This document shows, piece after piece, positions 38,689-50,484 of a stretch of 64,000 nucleotides of DNA; within the stretch, counting starts at the first letter, position 1; every line of letters starts with the position of its first letter. The notes below the pieces were generated by a model. That model was given only the letters and a program-made list of their open reading frames with translations, made no database searches and was not told the DNA's origin. This stretch comes from Entomortierella parvispora E1425. Lineage: Eukaryota; Fungi; Mortierellomycota. The translations under genes were made by a program, and so were the position numbers. Where the stretch lies: positions 372,001 through 436,000 of the forward strand of contig BQFW01000013.1 in assembly GCA_020891255.1 (NCBI GenBank). Reading direction: 5' to 3'.

Positions 38689-39825
38689 TTCAGACGAGAC
38701 GGGAATGAGTGCGCGGTGATGCCACGTTGGCGTGTTTTGTGTGTGTGCTATTTTATGATTTTTCATTTGATTTGATCATTTCTTTTCTGACAGCGCTCTC
38801 TTTCTCCGTTCTTGTTTCTCGCTCGCTGTGTGCCATGTCTCTCTTCTCTGTGTATCTATCTGTGTGTGTGTGTCTCCCTTCCTCTCTCGCTCGGTCTGTG
38901 TCCCTGAGAATGGAACTTACCAGAATGCTTGTTTGTCTGTCGGTCTGTCGGTCTGTCGGTCTGTCTCTCTCTCTGTTGTCAGCTTGTTTGCTCGCTCGTC
39001 TTCTAGGTGGTGGAGCCATCCCTGTCTATCGCTTGCTCCCTCTGTCTTCTTGACTCTTTGACTCTTGACATCTTGACCTACGAAAACAAAAATGATCGAA
39101 TGGTCCGGACCAAGCCTGGGAGCTTTCTCTCTCTTTCTCTTTCTCTCTCCTTCTCGTTCTCTCTCGTGTCAAGAGCCATAAGCAAAAAACAAACAAACAA
39201 GTGTGCCACCCTAATTATGTGATGACAATCAGGATCAGGGCCGCATCAAAAAGAAGGAGCCCTCTCTCTCTCCCTCTCTCTCTCTCTTTCCGCCTCTTCT
39301 GGGTCTGTCCTTGGAGGCTTGGATCTGCCATTGGGATTGGGACAGGGGCACTGAACAAGGAACTGGGAACTTGGGGCTGGAAAAAGGGTATCCTCCCTCC
39401 TTCCTTTCCAGTGGTGCAGCCATCCCGTTCCCCCCACTGCGCCCTCCAACTATTTTTTTTTTTTTTGGCTTTTCCTTCCATTCTTTCTCAAGCTGGCTCT
39501 CATCCCAGAAGTCTCCCCCTGTGGGAAACCTTTCTGGTCGCTGTATCCAAACACTTTCTACCACTCGAATGGCTCCACTTATGGATCGCTGTCCCGTGCT
39601 TGTGTGTTTGTGTCATTCATTCTTCAATGTCAGCAAAGATCCTGTTCTTCTCAATATCTCAATTCTTCTCTCATTTTTTTATTGACATTTGGAGACCTGA
39701 ACTGTCTGTACAAAGAAGGGCAAACCCGAGAGGCCAGAAAAAATAAAAGGTCGGCATCTCTGCCTCCCTTGTCTCTCTCTCTGTCTCCCGTGTTGACTTT
39801 TTTTTTCTTTCTTGTTCTCGCTTCT

Positions 39826-42800
39826 TTACAGGCGATCCATGAAGCGATCCAATGTTGGGAGCTCCTCCTTGAGACCCTTGCGCTTGCGAATCTGCAAGAT
39901 CTTTTCCTGCAACTTGAGATCATCCGTTGCCACTCCGTTCATCAGCTCCCAGTGATCAAACACGGACTGAGGGAAGGCTTGACCTCCAGTGGCCTGACGA
40001 AGATCCGACGTGAATCCAAACGATTCCGCAACGGGCAAATGGGCCTTGACAATGTACAAGGGCGTACCAGGGCGCTGCTCCTCACCAATCGTGTGACCGC
40101 GACGCTTGTTCAACACACCATAGATGCCTCCCATGGCCTGCTCGGGACACGTAATCTCGACCAAGTAGATGGGCTCCATCAGACCGGGCTCGGCGACCAT
40201 GTGGGCTGCGTACATGGCACTACGAGCTGCTGGGATAATCTGTCCACCACCACGATGGATAGCATCAGCATGAAGGACAACATCCATAATGTTGAAACGA
40301 ACACCACGCATGTTCTCATCCGCGAAGGGTCCCTCACGTGTGGCCCAGTTGAAGGCGGCCACGCACGAATCCTTGATTTCACTCAAGTAAGCAACTCCCT
40401 TGGTCATGTCCACGAGAACGTTGGGACCGTTCGAATCAGGTCCGAAAGCCCAGATCTTACGAGCCTCCTGGTTGTCCCACTCATACTCTTCTTGCAACAC
40501 ACGGGCACGAGCCTTGAACTCATCACGGGGTCCAACGATACCCTTCTCAATAGCGTCCGCCAAGTTCTCGCCAATGGGCATGGCTCGGACAAAGAGACGG
40601 TTGTGCTTGTTGGGCGACTTGGCCAGGGCGGTGACCGAGGACTCGGCCTTGACAGTCTCCTTGTACTGAACCACAGGGTCCGACTTGCGCAATGGAATCT
40701 GAGCGTGATCTTCCTCGAGATCCTTCAAGCAAATCTCAAGATGAAGTTCTCCAGAACCAGCAACAATGTGCTCTCCAGTGGGGGAAGTGAAGCAGAGAAC
40801 GCAAGGATCCGACTTTGAGAGACGCTTGAGACCTTCGACCAACTTCGGGAGATCGGCGGCGTTCTTGCACTCGACAGCAACTTGCACGACGGGCGAGACA
40901 GAGAACTTCATGACCTTCAAGTTGTGGGCAGTTTCTGAGGTGGTGATGGTACCAGACTTGAGCAGGAACTGATCTACACCCACCAAACCGACAATGTTAC
41001 CGGCAGGGCAGTCCTCGATGGGCTCGACATAGCGTCCCATCATCAGCACAATACGCTGCACAGACTTGACAAAGAGATCGGACTTGGAGCCGGGGGTATA
41101 GTTGGGTCCCTGAATGCGGACCTTGAGACCAGCACGGACAGTACCAGAGAAGACACGACCGAAAGCGTAGAAACGACCCTTATCGGTGGTGGGCACCATC
41201 TTGGAGATGTACAGCATGAGGGGACCGTCGGGATCACAGCCACGGATACCATTGGCACACTCGTCGTCAAGGGGACCTTCGTACAAGTTCTCGACACGGT
41301 ACTTCTGGGCCGTCACGGGAGAGGGCAAGTGGATAACTAACATCTCCATGAGAGCCTCACCAGCAGGCAAGAAGCGCTGCATGATGAGCTTGAGCAGGGG
41401 CTTGCCTTCCATATCCTTCTCATCCTGCTTCAATGAAATGTTGAGCTTCTCGAGCATGACGAAGGCGGTTTCCTTCTTTCCATTCATGACGGTATCAAAG
41501 ATCTTGAAGATGGGGTCCAAAACAAACTGGGAGAAAGCGCGCTCCAAAGGTTTGCCGTCGCCATCCGTGTTCTTGTTGGTCCACTTCTTGGTCGTGGGGT
41601 TGAAGTAGTTCTCGCCCCAGAGCTTCTCCATCATCTTTTGGCGATCAACACCAAACTTCTTGGAGTAACGCTGAGCAAACTGACGGATGGTGAAGGCCCA
41701 ACCGTGAAGACCGGAAGCAAAGGCCACAGTTCCCTTCTCGGGGTAGACCATGACATCGCCGAGGACCTTGTCGTGGTAGGTGGCGATGATGACGTTCACG
41801 GACTCGATGGTACGCTGGAAGGATTGGTAAAGATCCTCCTTGGTGACCTGCAGTTCGAGAAGGGCACGATCGACCTTGTTGATGACAACAACGGGCTTAA
41901 TACGCTCACCCAGAGCTTGACGCAAGACAGTCTCGGTCTGGACACAGACACCGTCAACGCAGTCGACGACGACCAAGGCACCATCAGTGACACGGAGGGC
42001 GGCCGTGACCTCGGACGAGAAGTCAACGTGTCCAGGGGAATCAATCAAGTTGATCAAGAATGCGGTACCTGGAATGAGACATTAAGACGTTACAAATGAG
42101 TTACAATTCTTCTTCTGAAATAGCATTGATTCAGAGAATCCACGGCTGCGACACAATAGCTTACCCTCGGTCTTTTGAGAGATATCCTTGATATCATCCT
42201 CAGTCATCTCGAAGTACAGGGAGATGGCAGTTGACTTGATGGTGATGCCACGCTCCTGCTCATCAGCACGGGTATCCGTAAAACGGGCATCACCAGCTCG
42301 CGCAGCGGAAATGATTCCGGCCTTGGAGACCAGTGAATCGGTCAAAGTGGACTTTCCGTGATCGACGTGGGCAATAACAGACATGTTACGGACGTTCGTC
42401 ACCTTGTCCATCTATAACAAGGCAGCACATGTAGAGAAGATCAGGATAGTCATTAGTTGTCAACGGCATTGGTATATTGTTTAGATGGATCGAGTAGGCG
42501 GGAAGCAAAAGTGGGTAGGTGCATGCATTCAGGTCCATAACCATGACGACTCTCCAAAAGGACGACGTCACCCCCTACAACACCAGATTCACGCTGCCGA
42601 TGAGGGCAACAGGGATAGAGTCGAGCGTGGGAATGATACAGCAACGAGTATACACATCACACGTTCCCTTTCCTCACTCTCATGTCCTTGCAGAGGAGAC
42701 ATGAAGTGAAAAAAAAGAAAAGAAAAAAAAAAGAAGAGGAAAAAAAAGCCTCGTGTGGTTCCCACGCCTGGCACAAAAGCCGTGCTAGGAGTATTCAAAA

Positions 42801-44010
42801 AAAAAATGTCCCAAAAAGAAGTATGAAATCTAATCAAGAAAAGGGTAGAAACTCATATAGCCCATGCACCCCTACTCAATTCGCATACGCAAGCAACTGA
42901 CCAAGCAGTCTGCACCAAAGAGAAGACGCCAGTCCCCGCTCACGGACCCCTTTGTTCTCCTCGCCATATCTTTATACCCCCCCCCCCCCCATCATCCTGA
43001 CCAGACGGGTCTCGTGTGCTCTCCCGTTGTTTGGATTGTGTCCAGCCAGTCATCTCTCCCTTCCCTTCTTCTTTACCCCAAGGCAACCCGTCAATCTAAC
43101 CTCGACCCGGCTAGTTGCACACAGAAACGAATATGCAAACACAACACCATCGCCCATCCCACACTTTTTTTTGTTTTGAACTCTCTTTTCAATCGATTGG
43201 ACGATGGATGACCATGACTTACGCTCTCTCTCTCCCCGCCACTCCACCCCACATCAGACGAGAGAAAGTCGTCGTATTTGCTTTGCGCCTCGGCCCATTT
43301 GACCACCTGTTGCTCTCTCATCTCGTGTTCTCTCCACCTTTTTTGACTTTGGTGCCGTACTCAATTGGCATGAATAAAATAGAATCTCCTCCAGGGGATT
43401 GAATTGACCATCAGAAATGAAACGAACGGTCCAAAAAAAACTCACACGCGTGAGCAACTCTCAGGAAACACTATTGCCCATCCTTCTCCCACTCAGCCGT
43501 CATTTCTACTTCTGAACGGGCCACCTGATTCCTTCTCCGCTCGCTCCACTCATGTCTCGCGTTGCCCTTCTCTTGAACGACGCGTCTTTCTCAGCCGGTA
43601 CGGCTTGGCTTTAATGGGATCCCGTGCCATGTTTGTGCTCCCTCATTTATGCCATGTTTTACTGTCCGTAGGTGGTGGGGCACAGGTCAAGTGAGGGCAA
43701 TAAAGAAAATGAAAGGCAAGAGTTTGCATGGGGTTGTTGAGCAAGAATGATCCGTTGAATTCAAGCCTGAATGGGCAATGGGATTCTTCGCGATCGATCA
43801 TTCCACCACCACCACAGGCACCAAAGTAGAAACCACCCATTCCAGCACTCTCTTTCGATGCCTCCCTTGCTTTCCCACTCACCACACACTTCAGCATTCA
43901 AAAGGTATAGAGGAGAAGGGATAGACCTCAAGTCAAAGGAAAAAGAAAAGAAAAGAAAGGGAGAGGTAGCTTACCAAGAGACGGATTTGGTCGATAGTAA
44001 AGTTAACCAT
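39826..44010 (-). CDS. EFT1: Translation elongation factor 2 (eEF2)
   Basis: Exon 1 44010-43975 ([12 protein letters not shown]), 1563-nt intron, exon 2 42411-42165 ([21 protein letters not shown]), exon 3 42068-39826 ([22 protein letters not shown]). The diphthamide loop [12 protein letters not shown] is present. Confidence 0.97.
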
Positions 44011-44819
44011 GTTCGTTCAACTTGCAGGGCAGAAGGAAGTAGGGCAGTGGGGGAGGGGAACAAAAGGATACAGAGTATACAACGGGAGGAAGGGGAAGAG
44101 GAAGTGGCTGATGAAGAAAAAGAAGAAAAGAAAAGAGAAAAAAGAAGCAAAGCGCGCGGATGCCTTCGTTTTTTATGCCGAAGGCCTCTGCGGGGACAGA
44201 TAGAGAGTCTGACTGCGTAACAGCAGCAGGGGACCATCACCAGTGGAAAAAAAAACCTCTCTCTCCCCATCAACAGCAATGGTAAACAATAACAAGCGCA
44301 AGCCCTTTTTTTTTCGTCCCCTTCTCCACCATCGAGCGCACGGCCGTTTTCGCCCCTCGCTCGACGAGAGAGCCGTCCAGAGAGACACTGCAGCATCAAA
44401 AAAAAAACTGGCAGACTGCGTCCCGACACGGCACGAGAGATCTCGCAGTCGAGCTGATTCCTTTTTTGGTGGTCCATGAGGCGCAACATCCATTGGAGCC
44501 AGAATGCGCTGAATGAGCAGAAGAGACCGAAACCTAGCCAGGGTGGCAGGCTTTTCTTTCTTCCAAAGTAGGAAAGTCCAGGGGCCATCTGCATTACCCC
44601 TACTGCTGTCCGTCTTCCTTTGTTCCAACCGTCCCCGCGCGTGTGAACTCTCGGGGGTCACGTTCATTTCCAGAAACGACGAAATTAGTGGCGTCCAGGC
44701 TCGGTTGCAGCAGCCCTTAATTGGCCATTCAAGGACCTTCTGCGGACGAAGATCTTCAGTGCCTTCTTTCTTGCTCGCCCTGCATCTCCTCGCCGTCTGT
44801 TTTCGTAACCAACGCGACC

Positions 44820-47345
44820 ATGGACTCTCCTCCAAACAGCAAAGCAACCTCACCATTGGTGTTTTCTACCTACACGCCACTCTTTTGCCGCTCTGGTGCA
44901 CCTTCCCCGTGGCAATCTTGCTACTCTCCTTTCAGTCAAATATGCTCTGCTCCAGCTCCCAAGTTTCGCCTGACAAGCTTTTCACCACCAACCCCGACTT
45001 TCAACCGATCTCAAGGATTGCTTAGTCCTACGACCATATTGAGCACCTCGTCATATTCGTCCTCAAGAGAACCACCTCCAGAAATATTGCCCACGATGGG
45101 CTTGGGTTCTTTCGCGATATCAACCGAGGATGGAGAGGGAAGAGTCGGTTTGAGAACGCACGAGTTGACCCAGAACGCAACCATAGCCTCTCCGACTATC
45201 AAATCGGAGGGCAAAGACGAACCGTCTCAAACAGAGGTCGACAGACTGCTTGATATGCTGACCAACATCCGGGATATGGCAATTTCTCCGAGTGCATTTG
45301 GAGACGTTCCCAACAGTCCAGTGCGTTGGATGTCTTCAGTGGCCAGTGCAGGACCCTGTTGGACAGCAGACACAAATGCTGCCACCATGTTTCTTCACCA
45401 CGACAAGTCTGTACTGCCGCCAGTACTACCCTCGACTTTTACTGCTACTCCACCTTCCAAATTGTTTAGTCCCCTACTTTCGAAGCCGAGGTCAGCATCT
45501 GTCCCAATCATGAAGCTTTCGCAGGATACATTTCTCCACTCGACATTGCCCATCTCTGCATCTCAGTCTGGCTTACAAGTCAGCCCATACTCTGACACGA
45601 GTGGGAGCTCAAGCCCAATGTATGGTCTCGAAACTTTGGATCTCAGAAGCCCATCTCCCAAAAGACAAAGGACCAGCAAGTATCAGCAGAGGATCTCGTC
45701 GCGGAAAGCAACAAAAGCCACAGAACCGTCCTACCAGTCCGGCCTTGTTTCTGATCAAGAACACGACTCCTTTGATGAACTTCTCTCGAGTTCAGACACT
45801 GACTCCACCGCCTCGACTGCCTGTTCAACTCATGCCCACCAAGAGACTTGTTCATCGGCACAGCATGAAAACTTTTCGGATGGCAGACGCTGGGTGATTG
45901 GAAGAGGCGCGATGAACGAAGGCATGGAACTGGATGAGTTCAACAATATGGAGAGTCAAAGATGCAAACGACCGCTCTTCACTTCCAGCTGGGCAGGCTC
46001 AAACCATGGTCTGGACTTAAGACGCACTTTTAGCACTTTGAAGAGAGACAACCCTCAGGATCCTGATTGTTTTCGGAATCAGACACCATACTCTGACCCC
46101 ATGGTTGCTGTTAACAAGTGCGTGGAATCTTCTCCGAGTCTTACCGGACCAGACAACAACATCTCCGTTGCTTCTCTGGATGCTGGGAGGGATATACAAC
46201 CAGACTCACAGCCCTTTATGACATTTTATTATTCGCTTGAAAGACGGCAGTGCTGTGACAACAGCGCTCACAGCCACAACACGTCGACTTCTTCGGAACG
46301 CGTTTTAAAAGACAGGGAAGCAGCCCCTTCTACTTTTAGAATGCGCCTCAGAAGCGGACGGCAGGTACTTTCAGGTGGCAGGAACAAGCCCACATTGTCT
46401 ATTGGGTTTCATGTTGCCAACGACTCTTCCTTCATCGATGAATCAACCTTACAGCACGACAAGGAGCTGTCGGCATCTCATCTGCATCCTCAGATCAAGG
46501 TCAAGGATGAAGACTGCGCAGCCCCAGACCGAAGGCGCAAAAAAGGAGCTCGCCACATTTCAAGCGCCGACCCAGACAAGAACAACGATAGTCCTCTTGC
46601 TGGTCTTACCCCGAGGCAGCTTCGCAACATCGACCTGCGGCATCTTTACCCTCGTTTCTTTGCATTGCGAATTGCCTGTGATACTTCTCCTCATTGCCTC
46701 AGTAAGCGAGGGACATCGTCGTCGTCGTCCCGAACATCACAGGCCGTTTTCAACCCACCCCGTTCAGACGACGATTTGTATACTCCTCGGTGGACCAAAG
46801 GCACGGGTCGAGAGAAAGTAGGTCTTTGCCCAATCTGCATGCCTGAACGCGAGTTTTGGCAAAAGATGAAATGCTCTGCCTATTGGTACCATCTTCACTA
46901 TCATCATGGTATATCCGCGCAAACTGGGGCTGCGTATCCAGCCCCTGAGCTGATCGAGTTCAAGGACTTTGGTTTCTTGACGGCGATGCAAAACAAATCG
47001 ACAAAATCAAGACGGTTGTTGTCCATCTTACCTACTGCGGGACAATACGACGCTGACTTTCAGGCAACCTCTTCGGCCGACGACGATTCCCACATCTTAA
47101 CTCGGCTGGAAGTCAAAGAGATGATCTCAGAGCCGGATTCGTCTGCTTGTCAGGAGCTCTTCGAGGAGGCTTTGACGCGTCTGAGTATGATCCCTGCGGG
47201 TTTGTGCGGCAATTGTTCAAAGTGGGTTCCACTTGATAGCTTGCTTCGGGAGTCGGGAGGAATCCAGGAGATTCCATGGTGGAAACACACGCAGCAATGC
47301 TTGAAAGCCTCTCTTGGTGCCTCTCGGATCAAACCAAGAAGATAA
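44820..47345 (+). CDS. Rua1 C-terminal (DUF4451-like) putative zinc-binding transcription regulator
   Basis: Single long ORF with first in-frame ATG at 44820. C-terminal DLYTPRWTKGTGREKVGLCPIC..SAYWYHLHYHHGISAQTG and GLCGNCSKWVPL..WWKHTQQC match my recollection of the Rua1/Mug43 domain. Confidence 0.75.
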   Translation: MDSPPNSKATSPLVFSTYTPLFCRSGAPSPWQSCYSPFSQICSAPAPKFRLTSFSPPTPTFNRSQGLLSPTTILSTSSYSSSREPPPEILPTMGLGSFAISTEDGEGRVGLRTHELTQNATIASPTIKSEGKDEPSQTEVDRLLDMLTNIRDMAISPSAFGDVPNSPVRWMSSVASAGPCWTADTNAATMFLHHDKSVLPPVLPSTFTATPPSKLFSPLLSKPRSASVPIMKLSQDTFLHSTLPISASQSGLQVSPYSDTSGSSSPMYGLETLDLRSPSPKRQRTSKYQQRISSRKATKATEPSYQSGLVSDQEHDSFDELLSSSDTDSTASTACSTHAHQETCSSAQHENFSDGRRWVIGRGAMNEGMELDEFNNMESQRCKRPLFTSSWAGSNHGLDLRRTFSTLKRDNPQDPDCFRNQTPYSDPMVAVNKCVESSPSLTGPDNNISVASLDAGRDIQPDSQPFMTFYYSLERRQCCDNSAHSHNTSTSSERVLKDREAAPSTFRMRLRSGRQVLSGGRNKPTLSIGFHVANDSSFIDESTLQHDKELSASHLHPQIKVKDEDCAAPDRRRKKGARHISSADPDKNNDSPLAGLTPRQLRNIDLRHLYPRFFALRIACDTSPHCLSKRGTSSSSSRTSQAVFNPPRSDDDLYTPRWTKGTGREKVGLCPICMPEREFWQKMKCSAYWYHLHYHHGISAQTGAAYPAPELIEFKDFGFLTAMQNKSTKSRRLLSILPTAGQYDADFQATSSADDDSHILTRLEVKEMISEPDSSACQELFEEALTRLSMIPAGLCGNCSKWVPLDSLLRESGGIQEIPWWKHTQQCLKASLGASRIKPRR

Positions 47346-47543
47346 GAGGGATCCTCTGCCCCTCGGCGAAATAAACATTTTGCCACCAGCGAGAAAATGT
47401 GACTTCAACAAAGAAATGGTGGCAAACGAAAGGACGCAAAAAGCAACGACGAACCTGCTTGCATTGAAGAGGGCGTCTTCCTCTCCTCCACCTTCTTTCT
47501 TTCCCATCCATCCATCCATTCGTCACCACCCGCATCGCATGCC

Positions 47544-49539
47544 ATGAAGGCTGTCATTCCCTCTGTCTCCATCAAAGGTACACATTCCATCATCAGCAAA
47601 GCCAAGGACCGCATTCATGGACGAAATCCATGAGCCCTCATTCTGTTCATTCCGGTGCTCATGCTGACCATGTTGGGAGGTCTCTCCACCTTTACTATTT
47701 CTTTTTTACTTATACTTTCTCAGGCTTCCAGGCTGTGCTAGCCTGTCTCTCTAAACTTGGAGACGATGTAATCATCGAGGCTAGACCGGATCGACTCTTA
47801 TTCTCGACCATGAACATCACACGATCGGCCCATGCCTGCTTTACGTTCACGCGTAGCTTTTTCGAATCGTACCATGTGGACGTGACGGCACCCGCGATTC
47901 AACAGGATACAAAGGGACCATTTTTAAGATGCAAAGTGCTGGCGAGGGCATTGGTCTCGGCCTGCAAGATTCGGGGTAACATTTCGGAAAAGACAGACAA
48001 ACTGAACCTGGTGTTGGATGCTGCCGAAGGCGTGGGAGAGAATTGTAGGCTGGCGATCGACATTGTGTTTAAACATGGTAAGGAAGAGATCCCCGGGTTG
48101 GATCTCGTATGGGAACATCAAAGAAGCTTTCCTGACAAGATCCTCCTTTTTCCTTTGTAGGATTTATCAAGATTCACAAACTACTGTACGAAGCCTGTCC
48201 TGAAAACGTGGGCATTGTCAGTTCAAAGGAAACTAGCCGAAACTATTGGCGTTTACCGGCAGCAGCGTTGAACGGCCTACCCGAAAACTTCCCTTCCAAG
48301 ATTGAAGAGATTACGATTCGCTGTCTACAGGTTGGACTGGAGTTTAGAACCAATACTGCAACAATTGAGAGCGACTCAGGTACTGAACTTCCCCTTATTT
48401 CTGTCAATATCTCTGGGCAATAATCGAGTCTATCATCGGAGGCACAGCCTGTCGGATCAAAATCTTGGTGTTAATCCTCGCCTGTACTATTCATACTTCA
48501 ATGTTGCATTGAAGCAGCCATACCGACGAAAGTAGGAAGGACATGCGTACCACTTCACAGGAGTGGCATGGAGATTTACAATCTACAAGAAGAAACCGAC
48601 ATCACAATCGCCATGAAAGAGTTCAAGGTTAGTGGACTGCAAAAGGAGCTCGCAGGGTTGAAGGCTCAGTCGTCAGTGGGACTATAACTCATGATCCACT
48701 ATGTTTCATCTCTTACTTCCCAGGCAATCATTGCTTTCGCAGTTACTCTTCGGTTACCTCTGGATTGCTTTTTTGACTCGAACAATCGGTAAGGGAATTT
48801 GTACCTTTTCGACAACTTTTTAAAATTATTCAAAACAGTACTTTCTGACTTTCGTTTGAACTCGACCGCCACTGAATTAGATCCATTGCACTGACTGTTG
48901 TGTCGGACAACATTTTGACGGGGGTAAAGCTCGCGCTTGCAGAAACAGTCTCACAATTGCATTTTGTCATGATTTACTCAACTTTTTTTTTTGATCGTTT
49001 GTTCCAACCGTAGACTTTTGAAATGGCTTCGATTGCCGAAAAGGAGGATATCCCTGAATCTCAAATGTCTGCTGGACATGCTGCACCCTCATCGTCATCA
49101 ACTGGGATGTTTGCGCCTCAGTTCGTACCGCCTAGCACCGAGGGGCTGGATTTGACACAACCAGAGAATGCTCTCTTCCTGGACAATGAAGAGGACTGGG
49201 GGAACGCGTTGGATGAATTCGACATGGAGGAACAGGCTCTCCAGGACAATCGGACATATCGGAATCCACAACAAACACAACCAGAGCAACAAACGCAGTC
49301 TGACCAACAATCGCAACAACAACAAAAAACCCAGAACGATGTCGAGATGGAAGAAGCAACCTTTGAGATTGAGGAACGAGATTTCTTGCCTCCAGATAAA
49401 CCGGTAAGATTGCACGAGCAACTTTTGATATCCAATCATGCGAGACTGAAAATGGATGGACTAATAGATGGACTTGCTTTCTTGATCACCAATGGCCACT
49501 TTGTAGTCAAAACGGAGGCGATTCATCTTTGATGAATAG
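47544..49539 (+). CDS. RAD9: 9-1-1 checkpoint clamp subunit Rad9/Ddc1
   Basis: MKAVIPSVSIK|GFQAVLACLSKLGDDVIIEA..LLFSTMNITRSAHACFTF..FF; KH|GFIKIHKL; DITIAMKEFK|AIIAFA; acidic tail ending PSKRRRFIFDE*. All joins use GT-AG introns; some internal boundaries are inferred. Confidence 0.88.
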
Positions 49540-50484
49540 AGTGTATAATATTTTCTATAAACTTTTAAACCTTTTGGGTATACCATTTTCCCCTACTGTA
49601 CGTCCATTGAACCAATTGGAACTTTGATCTCGAAAGTTTGCGTTTGTGGGATTGCCAACACGCGCCGCGCGCAGCCTTTGTAACGTCCACTCCAATGCAG
49701 TCCCAACTGCGGCCCTTCTCTGACCCATTGTCCTACAACCCGGGTTTTTACGCCATTGTTCAACATGGTCGACTGCAACCCCCCAGCTGTTGTCTGTCTC
49801 ACAACCGTTGTGACACACCAACGTTTCCCGAAGAAGACAACAGTACATTTTCCCGAGGGCAAAGGGACAGCCGGGGTTGGTTGCAGCTTCATTTCTGCGT
49901 CTTTCTTGTTTTGTTTTGTTCAGTTCAAGAAGACCCCCCTTATTTTCCCTCCTTCTACTTTGTGGTGTCAAACTGCGAGCCCTCCAGCAAAAGAAACGAA
50001 CCGTCGTTCTTCCGGGATTCAAAAAAAGCAGAAACAGAGTTATGAAGTTTCCTTGGGGAGAGGTTTTTTTATTAACTTATTAGCTGCAGGAAAGGCAGGG
50101 GAGGGGAGGTGTTGTTACAAGAGGTATAGCAGGGGAGATACATATAGATTGGGTTGATGTTTTTTTTTTCTGTGGGGGAAGAAACTTGGTTTTCCTTCTC
50201 CCCCCGAGCGTTTTTGAATTTTTTTTTTTGTTTCTTTGGTCCCTGAACGAAAAAAAAAAAAAAAAAAATGGCGGTCGACAAGTTTACCCGTTTTAGGTTG
50301 CTCTCTGCATGGGATGCTCACAGTCGCAGGATCCGATCAACTTCGGCCTTTTCGCTGGTCACTCAAGGAAATAACCAGTTGGACAAAAAAGTCCTAGTGA
50401 GAAAACCCGCCCATGGGCTGAGGGGGATCAACGAGAGCCAGCCGCCATCTTTCTTTTTTTTTTTTTTGTCATCGTTCGTTTCCT

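Noticed and set aside
39604-40818. 404-aa + strand ORF antisense to EF-2 (and 50527-51075 antisense to the acetate transporter)
   Set aside because: Same antisense shadow-ORF artefact.
44021-44071. GTATCCTTTT on the minus strand in the EF-2 leader
   Set aside because: No proper U12 branch point. It is more simply part of a pyrimidine-rich leader.
48380-48560. Apparent frameshift or stop in the middle of RAD9
   Set aside because: Resolved by intron 48380-48517 (acceptor GCAG|CC), which gives AIPTKVGRTCVPLHRSGMEIYNLQEETDITIAMKEFK in frame.
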